Positions 39,117-48,635 of a DNA stretch of 64,000 bases are shown here, piece after piece (position 1 is the first letter of the stretch; each line of letters starts with the position of its first letter). Where the stretch lies: IMG/VR virus record IMGVR_UViG_3300034061_002899. One strand, 5' to 3'. Source of the DNA: a virus. Below the pieces are notes generated by a model. It ran no database searches, was not told the DNA's origin, and saw only the letters and a program-made list of their open reading frames with translations. A program made the position numbers and the translations under genes.

Positions 39117-39667
39117 AGACTCTTACCCCAACGTGTATTGATTACATTCCAGTTAATAATCTTCCACTGTTCTTTCAAATATTTCTTTTTGTCAGAACCA
39201 TAGTCTAATATCCAGGCATGTTCCCACCAATCAACTAACAACAGTATGTCATTGCGTACTTCATGGTTCTTGATAGTTTTAATCTTACCATCAGTTGCTA
39301 AGTATACCCAACCACTACCTTGAATCTTCATTGCTTCAGTTTCAAACTGATCCTTCATTGATTCGTATGAGCCAAAATGTTTGTTAATAAAGCCCATCAT
39401 AGGACCATTGGGATTATTTTTATTTCTCACTTCACGGAACTGAGGGAATAATGTATTATGTAAAAATGCACCTGCATAGTTAAAATCCTTATCACCCTCA
39501 CCCTTGTTATAGCGTTCAGCATAACCTTTAGCTAGTTTGTCATAGTGAAGTTCTATTGTATCTTTACTAAGAACAGGTGCAAGTTCACCTTCAGTAAAGT
39601 TTAGTGGAATGATTTCTATGTCTTGGGGTTTACTCTTATCCTCAAGTAAAGTAATTAAGTCACGCAT
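39113..39667 (-). CDS. sod: Fe/Mn superoxide dismutase
   Basis: LHY, FN....LH, GSGW and DWWEHAW; four metal ligands apparent; extra MRDLITLLE leader. Confidence 0.88.
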   Translation of the reverse strand: MRDLITLLEDKSKPQDIEIIPLNFTEGELAPVLSKDTIELHYDKLAKGYAERYNKGEGDKDFNYAGAFLHNTLFPQFREVRNKNNPNGPMMGFINKHFGSYESMKDQFETEAMKIQGSGWVYLATDGKIKTIKNHEVRNDILLLVDWWEHAWILDYGSDKKKYLKEQWKIINWNVINTRWGKSL

Positions 39668-40035
39668 TAGTCTGTATAATCCTCAACTTGTACAATCATA
39701 TTAGGTAATATATCACCCAAATACATACATTGATCTGTTTCTTTTAAACTGTCAATCCAATTATCAACTGTAGTATGATCCAAATCTCCTACAAGTTTTT
39801 TATGGTCTAATTTATTTACATCAACTGTGATTAATGTTACATAATCATTACCAGTTCTTTCTTGGTCTGACACCGCATACTCTAATGCTAAGTCAGGATT
39901 ATCTGTTAAAAATACTGCATGGTGTCTACCACCTCTTAGACCTTGCTGTTGAATAACATCAGCTGGCTCAGATGTTCCATGCCATAATTGAGTATGATCA
40001 TTTGTATTTTCAAAAATAAACTCTTTGGATAGCAT
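39667..40035 (-). CDS. ADP-ribosyltransferase-fold-like protein
   Basis: LWHGT...I...GL...VFLT.....A..YA; MLSKEFIFE leader. Confidence 0.55.
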   Translation of the reverse strand: MLSKEFIFENTNDHTQLWHGTSEPADVIQQQGLRGGRHHAVFLTDNPDLALEYAVSDQERTGNDYVTLITVDVNKLDHKKLVGDLDHTTVDNWIDSLKETDQCMYLGDILPNMIVQVEDYTD

Positions 40036-41513
40036 TAGTGTTTCAATAGTAATGTAGATATGATGTTAGGATCATTAGCACTGATATCACCTTCACCAGG
40101 AGCAACAATAACATTGTACTTCATACCTGCAGGGATAGATTTGCGTTTAGCCATGTACTCATCATAGTTTAGAATACTGTTAGCACTTAGTCCATACTCT
40201 TTAGCAAGACGATTCTTTAGTTCAGGTAACTTGTTAGGTTGTACTTGCCATTGGCCTTCTGACCCCTTAACTAAGTTTTTCTTTTCGTCCTTAACTAACA
40301 AATCTTGGAACAAATCATCTGGAACAATGCGACTATTCTTAGTTGTATCTAAGTTAGCATCTTTGGCTTTGACTTGCTTCTCTTGTCCTGTATTAGCACC
40401 TTCACTCCAGTTGATAATGAAGTTAGGTGGTTTCTGACCTAGCGCGGCACCAGCCATCTTTGTATACGCATAGAACTTAGTATCAGGATGCTTTGCAGCC
40501 ATCTTCAATGCTAAATCTAAGTATTCTGGGCTAAAGAAGTCACCAGCATCATGCCAACGAATGGTTACTGTATAACCACCCTTCTGACCTAATTTTTCTT
40601 CTTTGGCAATTTCACTGCTTAGTTGACTGAAGAAACCATCTGGGTCATTCAATAGATATGTTAGTATACGACCATCACTCTGCCAAGCGGCTTTGAACTG
40701 AACTTTACCACCCTTCATGGCAAAACAATCTATTTTACATGAACCAGCTCCTGGGCATGTATTAACAATGATTAGTTTGTTTGTATCTTCATCCAATGCG
40801 ATACCAGTCAATGCCGCAAAGCCAACGTTAAAGAACTGTTCTAATTCACCGTTACTATGCTTCATCTTTTCGTTTTGCTTTAATAATGCTTTTGGTCTTT
40901 GTGCCAATGCTTGTTTGATTTTATCTTCATTATATGTTTGACCATCAGGACCTAAATATTCAATCACACTACTACGATGTATGTAAGGCATTTTATATCT
41001 GTCTGTCTTTGTTTTACCAGACACATACTTTTCATTGCCCTTCTTGTCAGTCTTAACATTACCTTGTTTATCAACATCAGGAGTACCAATGATACGTTTC
41101 ATGTAGTCTTGGAACTCGTCACCACCAAACTCACGGCTACTTGCTGGTAGTTTAGTTGCTTCATCTAATCCAGATAGTTTGCGAATTCTGTCTAAACCTT
41201 CTGCTACGCTTTTGCCCAACACTTGTTGAACTAGTAGTTCGGGAGCAAAATCCATGTCACCGGCTAATTCTCTTGCCGCTGCCAATACTGCTTCTCTAGT
41301 TGGTTGTAGTCTTCTTTCTTCAACATCACGGCGCAACTTCATTATAAGAGATTGTGCATCATAACCTAAATCACGAACTCCCTCGTCAACTTCTTTTTCA
41401 CCGGGCATATCACCAGCTTTAGCAACGAATTGCTGAGGTGTCATAATTTGTATGCCACTCGGTGCTCCGGGCATTTTTGGCTCTGCGCCTTCAAATAGTT
41501 CTTTAAAATTCAT
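40035..41513 (-). CDS. Gene-product-88-like protein with N-terminal modules
   Basis: N.K, TCPGAGSC...CFA, RWHDAGDF and YAYTK motifs. Confidence 0.7.
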   Translation of the reverse strand: MNFKELFEGAEPKMPGAPSGIQIMTPQQFVAKAGDMPGEKEVDEGVRDLGYDAQSLIMKLRRDVEERRLQPTREAVLAAARELAGDMDFAPELLVQQVLGKSVAEGLDRIRKLSGLDEATKLPASSREFGGDEFQDYMKRIIGTPDVDKQGNVKTDKKGNEKYVSGKTKTDRYKMPYIHRSSVIEYLGPDGQTYNEDKIKQALAQRPKALLKQNEKMKHSNGELEQFFNVGFAALTGIALDEDTNKLIIVNTCPGAGSCKIDCFAMKGGKVQFKAAWQSDGRILTYLLNDPDGFFSQLSSEIAKEEKLGQKGGYTVTIRWHDAGDFFSPEYLDLALKMAAKHPDTKFYAYTKMAGAALGQKPPNFIINWSEGANTGQEKQVKAKDANLDTTKNSRIVPDDLFQDLLVKDEKKNLVKGSEGQWQVQPNKLPELKNRLAKEYGLSANSILNYDEYMAKRKSIPAGMKYNVIVAPGEGDISANDPNIISTLLLKH

Positions 41514-42940
41514 AGTATTTCTTTCCTAGCTTTAGCTACCATTTGTTCGGCAAGCATTAGTAATTCTTCCATCTGCTCAATGGATTCACAATTCCATCTA
41601 CGTAAACTCTTATTAATATTGCTATTTGGATCTCTTGCTGTCTTGGCACTTGTTCTACTTTTCTTCATACCTTTCATTCTAGCACAGAATGACTTACGGC
41701 GTTTAGCGGCTTTACTACCCTTTTTAAGTTTGCTAGGTTTAGTAGTTACTGCTGTTTGAATCTTGCTACCAGGGTGACTGCGGCGATAACTACTCACAGA
41801 TTTTTTGCTCATCCCGCCAACACGTTTGTTATTGTGCTTTGACCAATTCTCACCTTCATTTGTTGCCATTTCACCATCATCACTATGACCATAATATGCG
41901 GCTACTTTTTGTAAATCAGCAGAATTTCTAGCATTGAGATAATCAGTTACTAAATCGTGAATTTGATTTCTTTGTTCCATTGGTGGAGGTAATTCTATTT
42001 CACCTTCACTGGCATCAGCAATATGTGCGGCACCGGGGCTATCTAAGAACCAGATTTCATCATCTTCATCCCATTCTAATCCCCATTTGTCTATTGTTGC
42101 AGTTAACACATAGTTATTGGTAGTACCTACTACAAACTTGTTACCACCTATATAACGTGAACTAGTAGGTTTACCATAATCTTTTGGTCCGCCACCACCG
42201 CCTGTGGGAGGCTTATTAGGAGCAAATTCATTTAGCTCGCCTTCACTTTTAGGTTTCTGATGATGTTTTTTCATATTGATAGCAATAGCGGCTTGTTGTG
42301 CTGGGTTTGCGGCTTCCCCCACACCTTTATTTCTGCCGGCCATTTGAATTACTATTAATGGTACTCTATTATCATCTTTGTCACCGCTATGTGTTATTCT
42401 ATTATATTCTTTTACTTTTAGTGCTACTGTATCGGGATCCATAACCTCTTTACTTATCACCTCATATCTAGTACCCGGTTCAAGCCCAGCTTTTTTTAAA
42501 TCGTCTATATGAATAGGTGTACCAGTGCCACTACCATCTGCATATGTTACGCTTTTTTTTAACCATCCGGGTTGAGGTTTTGTACTAATATACACAATGC
42601 CTCCTGAATCCACACCCGCATAAATATAATCAGGTAAATGCAGAATGCTCTGTAAATTTTTATTTGGATATGTTTTAAAATATTTTGTTACTACTGAACT
42701 AGTGTTCGTGTAGTCATCTATTTTTTGTTTTTGAATTTCTACTGCTTCTTCTTCAGATCCAACTTCAACCTCAGGAAAAAGTTTTGTTATATTAGTAACT
42801 TGGTTACCATTTCTATCACCCACCCAGGCTTTAGCAGTGTTGGAATTTTTAAGCGTAAATGCTTTAATAACATAGCCTTTATATGGCAATTCTACACCCT
42901 CATTTAACACATTTTCAATTAAAAATTCGTTTGCTCTCAT
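41510..42940 (-). CDS. Modular putative virion-internal polyprotein
   Basis: MRANEFLIE; modules ANPAQQAAIAI.MK and RRKSFCARM.G...SLRRWNC. Confidence 0.6.
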   Translation of the reverse strand: MRANEFLIENVLNEGVELPYKGYVIKAFTLKNSNTAKAWVGDRNGNQVTNITKLFPEVEVGSEEEAVEIQKQKIDDYTNTSSVVTKYFKTYPNKNLQSILHLPDYIYAGVDSGGIVYISTKPQPGWLKKSVTYADGSGTGTPIHIDDLKKAGLEPGTRYEVISKEVMDPDTVALKVKEYNRITHSGDKDDNRVPLIVIQMAGRNKGVGEAANPAQQAAIAINMKKHHQKPKSEGELNEFAPNKPPTGGGGGPKDYGKPTSSRYIGGNKFVVGTTNNYVLTATIDKWGLEWDEDDEIWFLDSPGAAHIADASEGEIELPPPMEQRNQIHDLVTDYLNARNSADLQKVAAYYGHSDDGEMATNEGENWSKHNNKRVGGMSKKSVSSYRRSHPGSKIQTAVTTKPSKLKKGSKAAKRRKSFCARMKGMKKSRTSAKTARDPNSNINKSLRRWNCESIEQMEELLMLAEQMVAKARKEIL

Positions 42941-42958
42941 GTTAGTTCCCGTAAATAG

Positions 42959-42987
42959 TTGACTTTATTGCGTAGGTATGCTACACT
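42959..42987 (+). promoter_or_regulatory. Sigma70-type promoter TTGACT-17-TACACT with TG
   Basis: In the divergent intergenic region upstream of uvsE. Confidence 0.55.
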
Positions 42988-43017
42988 ATATCTATTATTT
43001 ATCATTTTGGTCTATCT

Positions 43018-44046
43018 ATGTACACAAATCAGTCAGTCAAACGTATCGGTTTTGCTTGCAAATGGGCAGAAATTAACAAGAAGGGTGAGATTGTTTCAGC
43101 CGAAGGTCTTAACACAGGTGGTACAACTCATGCTTGGGCAAAGCGTAATAGTCGTAGTGTCGTAGAAGAAAAGATTATGGATGTTGCTAAACGCAATATT
43201 CTAAATACACATGCACTTGTTAAGAAAGTTGCAACACTTGATCCACAATTGCGTATGTTGCGTCTTACTAGCGATATGCTCAGTTTCTACACTATGGATG
43301 AGTACAAAGACTTTTGGCAATCAACTGATGTACAAAACAGTTTACAACGATGGTTCGCACCGATCGGTGAAACTGCTAGGGCTAATGATGTTCGTCTAAG
43401 TTTTCACCCCGATCAATTTGTAGTTTTAGCAAGTGACCGTGAAGAAGTAGTAAATAAGAGTATAGATGAATTTGAATATCATTGTGACATGGCTCGTTGG
43501 ATGGGCTATGGTCAGAAGTTTCAAGATATGAAAATCAATGTTCACATCTCTGGTCGCAAAGGTCCTCAGGGCATCAGAGATGTTTATAATAGACTTAGCC
43601 CCGAGGCACGAAACACACTTACATTAGAGAATGAGGAATACACACATGGACTTACAGACTGCTTATCATTATCTGACCTCGTACCTACGGTCATGGACAT
43701 TCACCATCACTGGATTCGTGAAGGAGAATATATTTCCCCCAATGATGACAGGGTTAAAAAAGTTATTGATAGTTGGCGCGGTATTAGGCCTACTTTACAT
43801 TACTCCGTCAGCCGTGAGGACGTACTTGTCGGCCATTCCGGATCACAGTTACCCAATCATGGTGCGTTGATTGAATCGGGATACAGTAAGCAAAAACTTC
43901 GGGCACATAGTGATTACTATTGGAACGAAGCGGTGAACGATTGGGCATTGACATTCATTGATAATTTTGATATGATGTGCGAATCGAAGGCAAAGAATCT
44001 TGCCAGCTTTAAATTATTAGAGAGATATAAATGTTTGACAAAATAA
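43018..44046 (+). CDS. uvsE: UV-damage endonuclease
   Basis: IGFAC, RL.SD, RLSFHPDQF.VL.S, LEN.E, DIHHH, LHYS and RAHSD motifs. Confidence 0.93.
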   Translation: MYTNQSVKRIGFACKWAEINKKGEIVSAEGLNTGGTTHAWAKRNSRSVVEEKIMDVAKRNILNTHALVKKVATLDPQLRMLRLTSDMLSFYTMDEYKDFWQSTDVQNSLQRWFAPIGETARANDVRLSFHPDQFVVLASDREEVVNKSIDEFEYHCDMARWMGYGQKFQDMKINVHISGRKGPQGIRDVYNRLSPEARNTLTLENEEYTHGLTDCLSLSDLVPTVMDIHHHWIREGEYISPNDDRVKKVIDSWRGIRPTLHYSVSREDVLVGHSGSQLPNHGALIESGYSKQKLRAHSDYYWNEAVNDWALTFIDNFDMMCESKAKNLASFKLLERYKCLTK

Positions 44047-44462
44047 AGAACTTATTCAAAAAGCCAGAACCTGTAAAGCCTGTACAGGCAAAGAAACCTC
44101 GTCAGCCTAAGAAGAAAAAAGAAGATAGCGTTCTATCTGATAAAGAAAAGGCAACCAAAGAAGGATTGCCTTATGTTAATATTCTTAAGATGGAACTTGA
44201 TCCATATGATATTAATACGGGCGCATTCGAACTTGACTTTAATGATAAGTTTGTGTTAAACTTGATTCGTGCAGGATATAAAATACGTGAAGATGATACT
44301 GATACAATTATTGTAGATCGTTGGTTTCAAACAGTATGTCGTAATGTAGCACTAGAACTCTATGAGCAACAGCAGGCCGATCCGGAGAATCGGGCAATGG
44401 CTACGGACATGCGTGTGGTTCGTGCTAAGGACCTTGGTGATGGTAGAACAGAGGTAAGTTGA
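44031..44462 (+). CDS. Hypothetical protein
   Basis: GAFELDFN..F...L...GY; clean ORF. Confidence 0.7.
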   Translation: MFDKIKNLFKKPEPVKPVQAKKPRQPKKKKEDSVLSDKEKATKEGLPYVNILKMELDPYDINTGAFELDFNDKFVLNLIRAGYKIREDDTDTIIVDRWFQTVCRNVALELYEQQQADPENRAMATDMRVVRAKDLGDGRTEVS

Positions 44463-44467
44463 AATAG

Positions 44468-44540
44468 TGTTGTAAAAATACAACAATCCAAAATTTGACA
44501 ATAAATCCAATTGGCTATATAATAGAATCTTAGACAGTTA
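44468..44540 (+). promoter_or_regulatory. TGTTGTA-N4-TACAACA inverted repeat plus repeated early promoter TTGACAATAAAT..TATAATAGAATCTTAGACAGTTA
   Basis: -35 at 44495-44500 and -10 at 44518-44523; same element as the 55.2-56.6 kb copies. Confidence 0.8.
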
Positions 44541-44662
44541 GATAACGGTCTAAAAAGAGAAAAAAATTCGGGAAACTGAATACTGTACAATAATTCAATC
44601 ATGTGTTATAGTACATACATCTACTGAGATGAGGACAACTAAGTTGAATTCTACTCAGGGAT

Positions 44663-44684
44663 AACAGGTAAAACTGTTTTTTTT
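44663..44684 (+). terminator. Possible intrinsic terminator in the leader of ORF 44722
   Basis: AACAG-gtaaaa-CTGTT followed by a T-run; weak stem. Confidence 0.35.
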
Positions 44685-44721
44685 GTTAGTTAATTTTTTT
44701 TATATGAACCAAAGGAAATAT

Positions 44722-45330
44722 ATGACAGATAGTTTTTTGATTGCAACGGCTGTGAATCATTCTAAGCAGACCGCAACCGCAACTGTAGTAGATGAGTTGG
44801 CACTACCAAATGGTGCATCAATCGTTACTAAACCCAGTGGTGAATTCTTACGCTGGACTCACCCCAACGGCACTTACAAAGAGGTGCCTATCGTGTTCAA
44901 AGGATTAGATGGTCAACGGGCCAATCGTTTGAAACATACATTGTTGGACAACTACTATCTTGCAGGTTATGATTGTAGTAACCCCAAACCTCTACGTGCT
45001 AGAGTGCTTGATGAGCCCAACAATCACATCCTTAAGGTATTTTTGTGCCCACTCACAATGATGGTACATATCTGTAGCCGAGATTCCAATGATCCAAGGT
45101 ACATGAAAGGCATTGATTGGTCTACTATGACTGTGAAGTGGCCGTGTGATGAGGACGCAGGTACCTATCACATCGTTAAGTTTGGTTTGTCCAAAGACGA
45201 AGGTGAAGAACTGAAGCGTCAACTGTATGCACAATACGTTGAAATGGGTTACACTAAAGTATCTGCTAGGGATCAAGTGCCGAAGTATGTTAGTAAGGCA
45301 CGTGACATCAGCAAACAATTTGCTGTTTAA
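44722..45330 (+). CDS. Hypothetical protein
   Basis: AAGGA RBS before ATG44722. Confidence 0.7.
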   Translation: MTDSFLIATAVNHSKQTATATVVDELALPNGASIVTKPSGEFLRWTHPNGTYKEVPIVFKGLDGQRANRLKHTLLDNYYLAGYDCSNPKPLRARVLDEPNNHILKVFLCPLTMMVHICSRDSNDPRYMKGIDWSTMTVKWPCDEDAGTYHIVKFGLSKDEGEELKRQLYAQYVEMGYTKVSARDQVPKYVSKARDISKQFAV

Positions 45331-45345
45331 CAAAGGAATACAACA

Positions 45346-45516
45346 ATGAGAAACTATACTACTGTTTCCGAACAATTACAATGTTTACAATCCGAATTGC
45401 AAGGAGTGCTACTTGACGTTGAATACGGCGACGGCTTTGACGAGGTCTGCTATAACACAATCATGCGTGTATATAACGAATTGAACAATCTTTCACAACA
45501 AACTAAAGGACACTAA
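45346..45516 (+). CDS. Small hypothetical protein (56 aa, not in the track)
   Basis: AAGGA RBS; MRNYTTVSEQLQCL... Confidence 0.6.
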   Translation: MRNYTTVSEQLQCLQSELQGVLLDVEYGDGFDEVCYNTIMRVYNELNNLSQQTKGH

Positions 45517-45518
45517 TC

Positions 45519-46748
45519 ATGGCTACTAATCAAAAAGTTATTTTGAAATATACTAAACCCAAAGTATTGAAATACAATAAATCACTTATACATCGGCTTC
45601 TTAGAAAAAAGAACGAGTACAGTACTACGAATGCTATGGACAGACTACATGAATTTTTAAATAGTGATAGAGTACAGGTACAAAAACATTTTGACCAATT
45701 AAAAAAAGAAGGTAAAATGTATAGCCGAAAACAAAGAGTTAAATTTGAATTAGTAAAAATAAAAGATATTAACATCGATGATGATATTCAGCGTGAATTG
45801 GATCACGGTCATGTATTAAAAATAGGTGATCCTGACACATTTGCAGTTCCCTTTATGTCTGTGATTACTGGAAGTAAGGATTCAAGTGGCAAGTACCATT
45901 CAAGCAATGGTCAGCATACATTGATATATGAGGCGGCCCTTGATTATCATGGTCTTTGGTATGATTACGACGGTGAGGTAGAAGAATTAACAGTACCTTT
46001 TGTATACATTGAAACCGATGACCGGTCAATTTTGCGATATGATTGGTATGTTCGCAATGGTATGGCAAGTAAGAAGCCACAACCCTATGACCATCATCGT
46101 GTTGAAGTTTTGTGCTGGCGAGTAGATGATAAAACAGATCAAAAATATAAAAATGCTCACCTAATACAAAAGGTATGTGAGGAAGAGGGTTATGAACCTA
46201 TTAGTGAATTTGATTTTGAAAACATAGATCATCCCAAAGCAATCAAAGCAGTGGATCAAATGCGTAAATATGCAAAAACTTCTGAAAAACGTGACGCTTG
46301 GCGTTTTATGTTGAGAACTCATGCTCAGAATTTCCCTAATCGTCAAATCCATCAGATGGAGATTACTCTGTTCTGTGAACTATACAAGTATATGTCTAAT
46401 ATAGAGGGGGTTGATGTTTATAGTAATAGTTTTCAAAAGGATTTTATGGAGCCTTTTATTGCTATTATGCAAACTTTTTTCAAGGGCGGTCCTGATAATT
46501 TAGCAAGCGAAAGCACAGTTACCTATACGAAATGGTTTGCTGCCGAGTGGAATCTTGACCCTTCTACAGATGAAATAGGGGTAGACAAGTTTGCTTCACT
46601 TGTATTAATGTTAAAGTTATATGTTGTCCTAGGAGGTACCCACAAGGTTCCGGATATTGTTAACAATTTCAAGAGTCCTAAATCAGGAGATTTATTGAAA
46701 TACCTTTCAAAGTCTATTACTCAAGATTTGAAAAAATATGTCAAATAA
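45519..46748 (+). CDS. ParB/Srx-superfamily (DGQHR-like) protein
   Basis: I.ID..IQRELD...H...I and NGQHT motifs. Confidence 0.6.
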   Translation: MATNQKVILKYTKPKVLKYNKSLIHRLLRKKNEYSTTNAMDRLHEFLNSDRVQVQKHFDQLKKEGKMYSRKQRVKFELVKIKDINIDDDIQRELDHGHVLKIGDPDTFAVPFMSVITGSKDSSGKYHSSNGQHTLIYEAALDYHGLWYDYDGEVEELTVPFVYIETDDRSILRYDWYVRNGMASKKPQPYDHHRVEVLCWRVDDKTDQKYKNAHLIQKVCEEEGYEPISEFDFENIDHPKAIKAVDQMRKYAKTSEKRDAWRFMLRTHAQNFPNRQIHQMEITLFCELYKYMSNIEGVDVYSNSFQKDFMEPFIAIMQTFFKGGPDNLASESTVTYTKWFAAEWNLDPSTDEIGVDKFASLVLMLKLYVVLGGTHKVPDIVNNFKSPKSGDLLKYLSKSITQDLKKYVK

Positions 46749-47238
46749 ACGTCAACTACCTGAGTTTCAATTCTTTTATATTATTGAAACTGCACATCAC
46801 TTCTTGCATGACGGTAAACCGGTGCGTCGTTTAGGTTATGGTATCACTATAGGACCCAAAAAACGTTTAAGTCAATATGCTGACCATAGTGGAGGAGAAC
46901 AAGAATTTGTTCATATTCTTTACGGTGATTATAGACAACAAACTAGTTTGGAAAATATTGTCAAGGAAAAACTAGCTAGTAAAACCGCTTTTATTTACGG
47001 AGAACCGGTTGAATGGTTAAGTTTTGATAGCGGTATGACAGTACAATCACTGTATAATTTAATTTTGGATATAGTTGATTCGGAATCATATGATATTTTT
47101 TCTGTGAAAAATATTTATCTGCCTTTCAATAATAGTACTCGCCACAAAAAAATGACCAATTACAATGTTAAAAATAACCCTTTGCAATATTTGGATATTA
47201 GTGAAGTGCCTAGTTGTCTCATAGACCATAATATTTGA
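46738..47238 (+). CDS. GIY-YIG/T5orf172-like protein
   Basis: FYII...GYGIT..P..RL..Y...LE..VK...EW. Confidence 0.5.
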   Translation: MSNKRQLPEFQFFYIIETAHHFLHDGKPVRRLGYGITIGPKKRLSQYADHSGGEQEFVHILYGDYRQQTSLENIVKEKLASKTAFIYGEPVEWLSFDSGMTVQSLYNLILDIVDSESYDIFSVKNIYLPFNNSTRHKKMTNYNVKNNPLQYLDISEVPSCLIDHNI

Positions 47239-47263
47239 TTTAATCTAAATAGTAGTATATAAT
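47235..47263 (+). promoter_or_regulatory. Sigma70-type promoter TTGATT-17-TATAAT overlapping a CTAAATA late motif
   Basis: The -10 box ends 6 nt before the rnh ATG. Confidence 0.65.
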
Positions 47264-47269
47264 AGACAC

Positions 47270-48268
47270 ATGAAATACGCACTTATTGACACAGCTAACA
47301 CATTCTTCCGTGCCCGTCACATTGCATCACGTAATAGTGATACATGGGAAAAGATCGGCATGGCCCTTCACTTAACATTAGCAAGCACTAATCAAATCGT
47401 TCGCAAGTTTGGAATCGATCACGTTGTATTTTGCTTAGAAGGTCGTAGCTGGCGTAAGAGCTTCTATGAGCCATACAAGAAAAATCGTATTGTTGATACA
47501 TTATCACAGACAGAAGCAGAGATTGAAGAAAACGAAATGTTCTGGGATACGTATGAGAAGTTTACAACTTTTCTACGTGAGAAAACTAATGTTAGCGTTT
47601 TGCGACATGCTGAGGCTGAAGCTGATGACTTAATCGCACGTTTTGTTCACTTGCATCCCGATGACGAACATTTTATTATCAGTAGTGATAGTGACTATGT
47701 TCAATTGATTAACGAGAACGTGAAACAATATAACGGTGTAGCTAATCAATTAATCACACTTGATGGTTACTTTGACGATAAGGGTAAGATTGTCAAAGAT
47801 AAGAAAACTAAAGAACCCAAACTGTTAGAGGATCCTCAATATTTGCTATTCAAAAAATGTATGCGGGGCGACGGTACTGACAATGTGTTTAGTGCTTATC
47901 CAGGTGTACGTGAGAAAGGTAGCAAGAATAAAGTTGGCTTGATTGAAGCATACGCTGATAGACATAAGCAAGGCTTTGATTGGAACAATCTAATGCTACA
48001 ACGTTGGACTGACCACAATGAAGTGGAACATCGTGTACGTGAAGATTATGAACGTAATCGTATCTTAATTGATTTGACTGCACAACCACAAGAAATCAAA
48101 GATAAGGTTGATACAACTATTCGTGAGGGTGTGCGTATAACTACTACCCCTCAAGTTGGTATTCACTTTATGAGATTTTGTGGTAAGTATGATTTGACTA
48201 AGATTAGCGAACAAGCCGAGACTTATGCTAAATGGTTAAACAGTCCCTATACTGGTTCATTGGTATGA
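47270..48268 (+). CDS. rnh: T4 RNase H-like 5'-3' exonuclease
   Basis: LID, SWRK..Y..YK.NR, EADD, SSDSD..QL, GD..DNV and N..LIDL motifs. Confidence 0.92.
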   Translation: MKYALIDTANTFFRARHIASRNSDTWEKIGMALHLTLASTNQIVRKFGIDHVVFCLEGRSWRKSFYEPYKKNRIVDTLSQTEAEIEENEMFWDTYEKFTTFLREKTNVSVLRHAEAEADDLIARFVHLHPDDEHFIISSDSDYVQLINENVKQYNGVANQLITLDGYFDDKGKIVKDKKTKEPKLLEDPQYLLFKKCMRGDGTDNVFSAYPGVREKGSKNKVGLIEAYADRHKQGFDWNNLMLQRWTDHNEVEHRVREDYERNRILIDLTAQPQEIKDKVDTTIREGVRITTTPQVGIHFMRFCGKYDLTKISEQAETYAKWLNSPYTGSLV

Positions 48269-48280
48269 CGGACAAATATC

Positions 48281-48630
48281 AAGAACATTTTGGAGTTGAA
48301 GTATGAACGATAATATTAAAGCAGGTGCAGACCTCAACGCAGGTGATGGTGGTTATAGTCTAGGCACTAAAGAAAAGTATGATGAATTTGTCAGGGGCCG
48401 TAATCAATCATTAGGTAAAATGAGAATCCGAGAACTTGCTGAACAGGCTACAACTTATATTGAGCCAACATCTAATAGTGGCGAAGGCTGGATCTTTGAC
48501 AAGGAAAAGTTCGCCGAGTTGATTGTGAGAGAATGTGGAGAAATTGCCTACAAAGCGTATTGGAATAATCCCGAAACAGTTAGAGGCGTACACATTCAAG
48601 AAAAGATTAAAGAACATTTTGGAGTTGAAG
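48281..48630 (+). repeat. 21-bp direct repeat AAGAACATTTTGGAGTTGAAG (48281-48301 and 48610-48630)
   Basis: Exact repeat bracketing ORF 48303-48635. Confidence 0.85.
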
Positions 48631-48635
48631 AATGA
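48303..48635 (+). CDS. FAELIVREC...HFGVEE family protein
   Basis: Motif shared with ORFs 33221 and 57496. Confidence 0.7.
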   Translation: MNDNIKAGADLNAGDGGYSLGTKEKYDEFVRGRNQSLGKMRIRELAEQATTYIEPTSNSGEGWIFDKEKFAELIVRECGEIAYKAYWNNPETVRGVHIQEKIKEHFGVEE

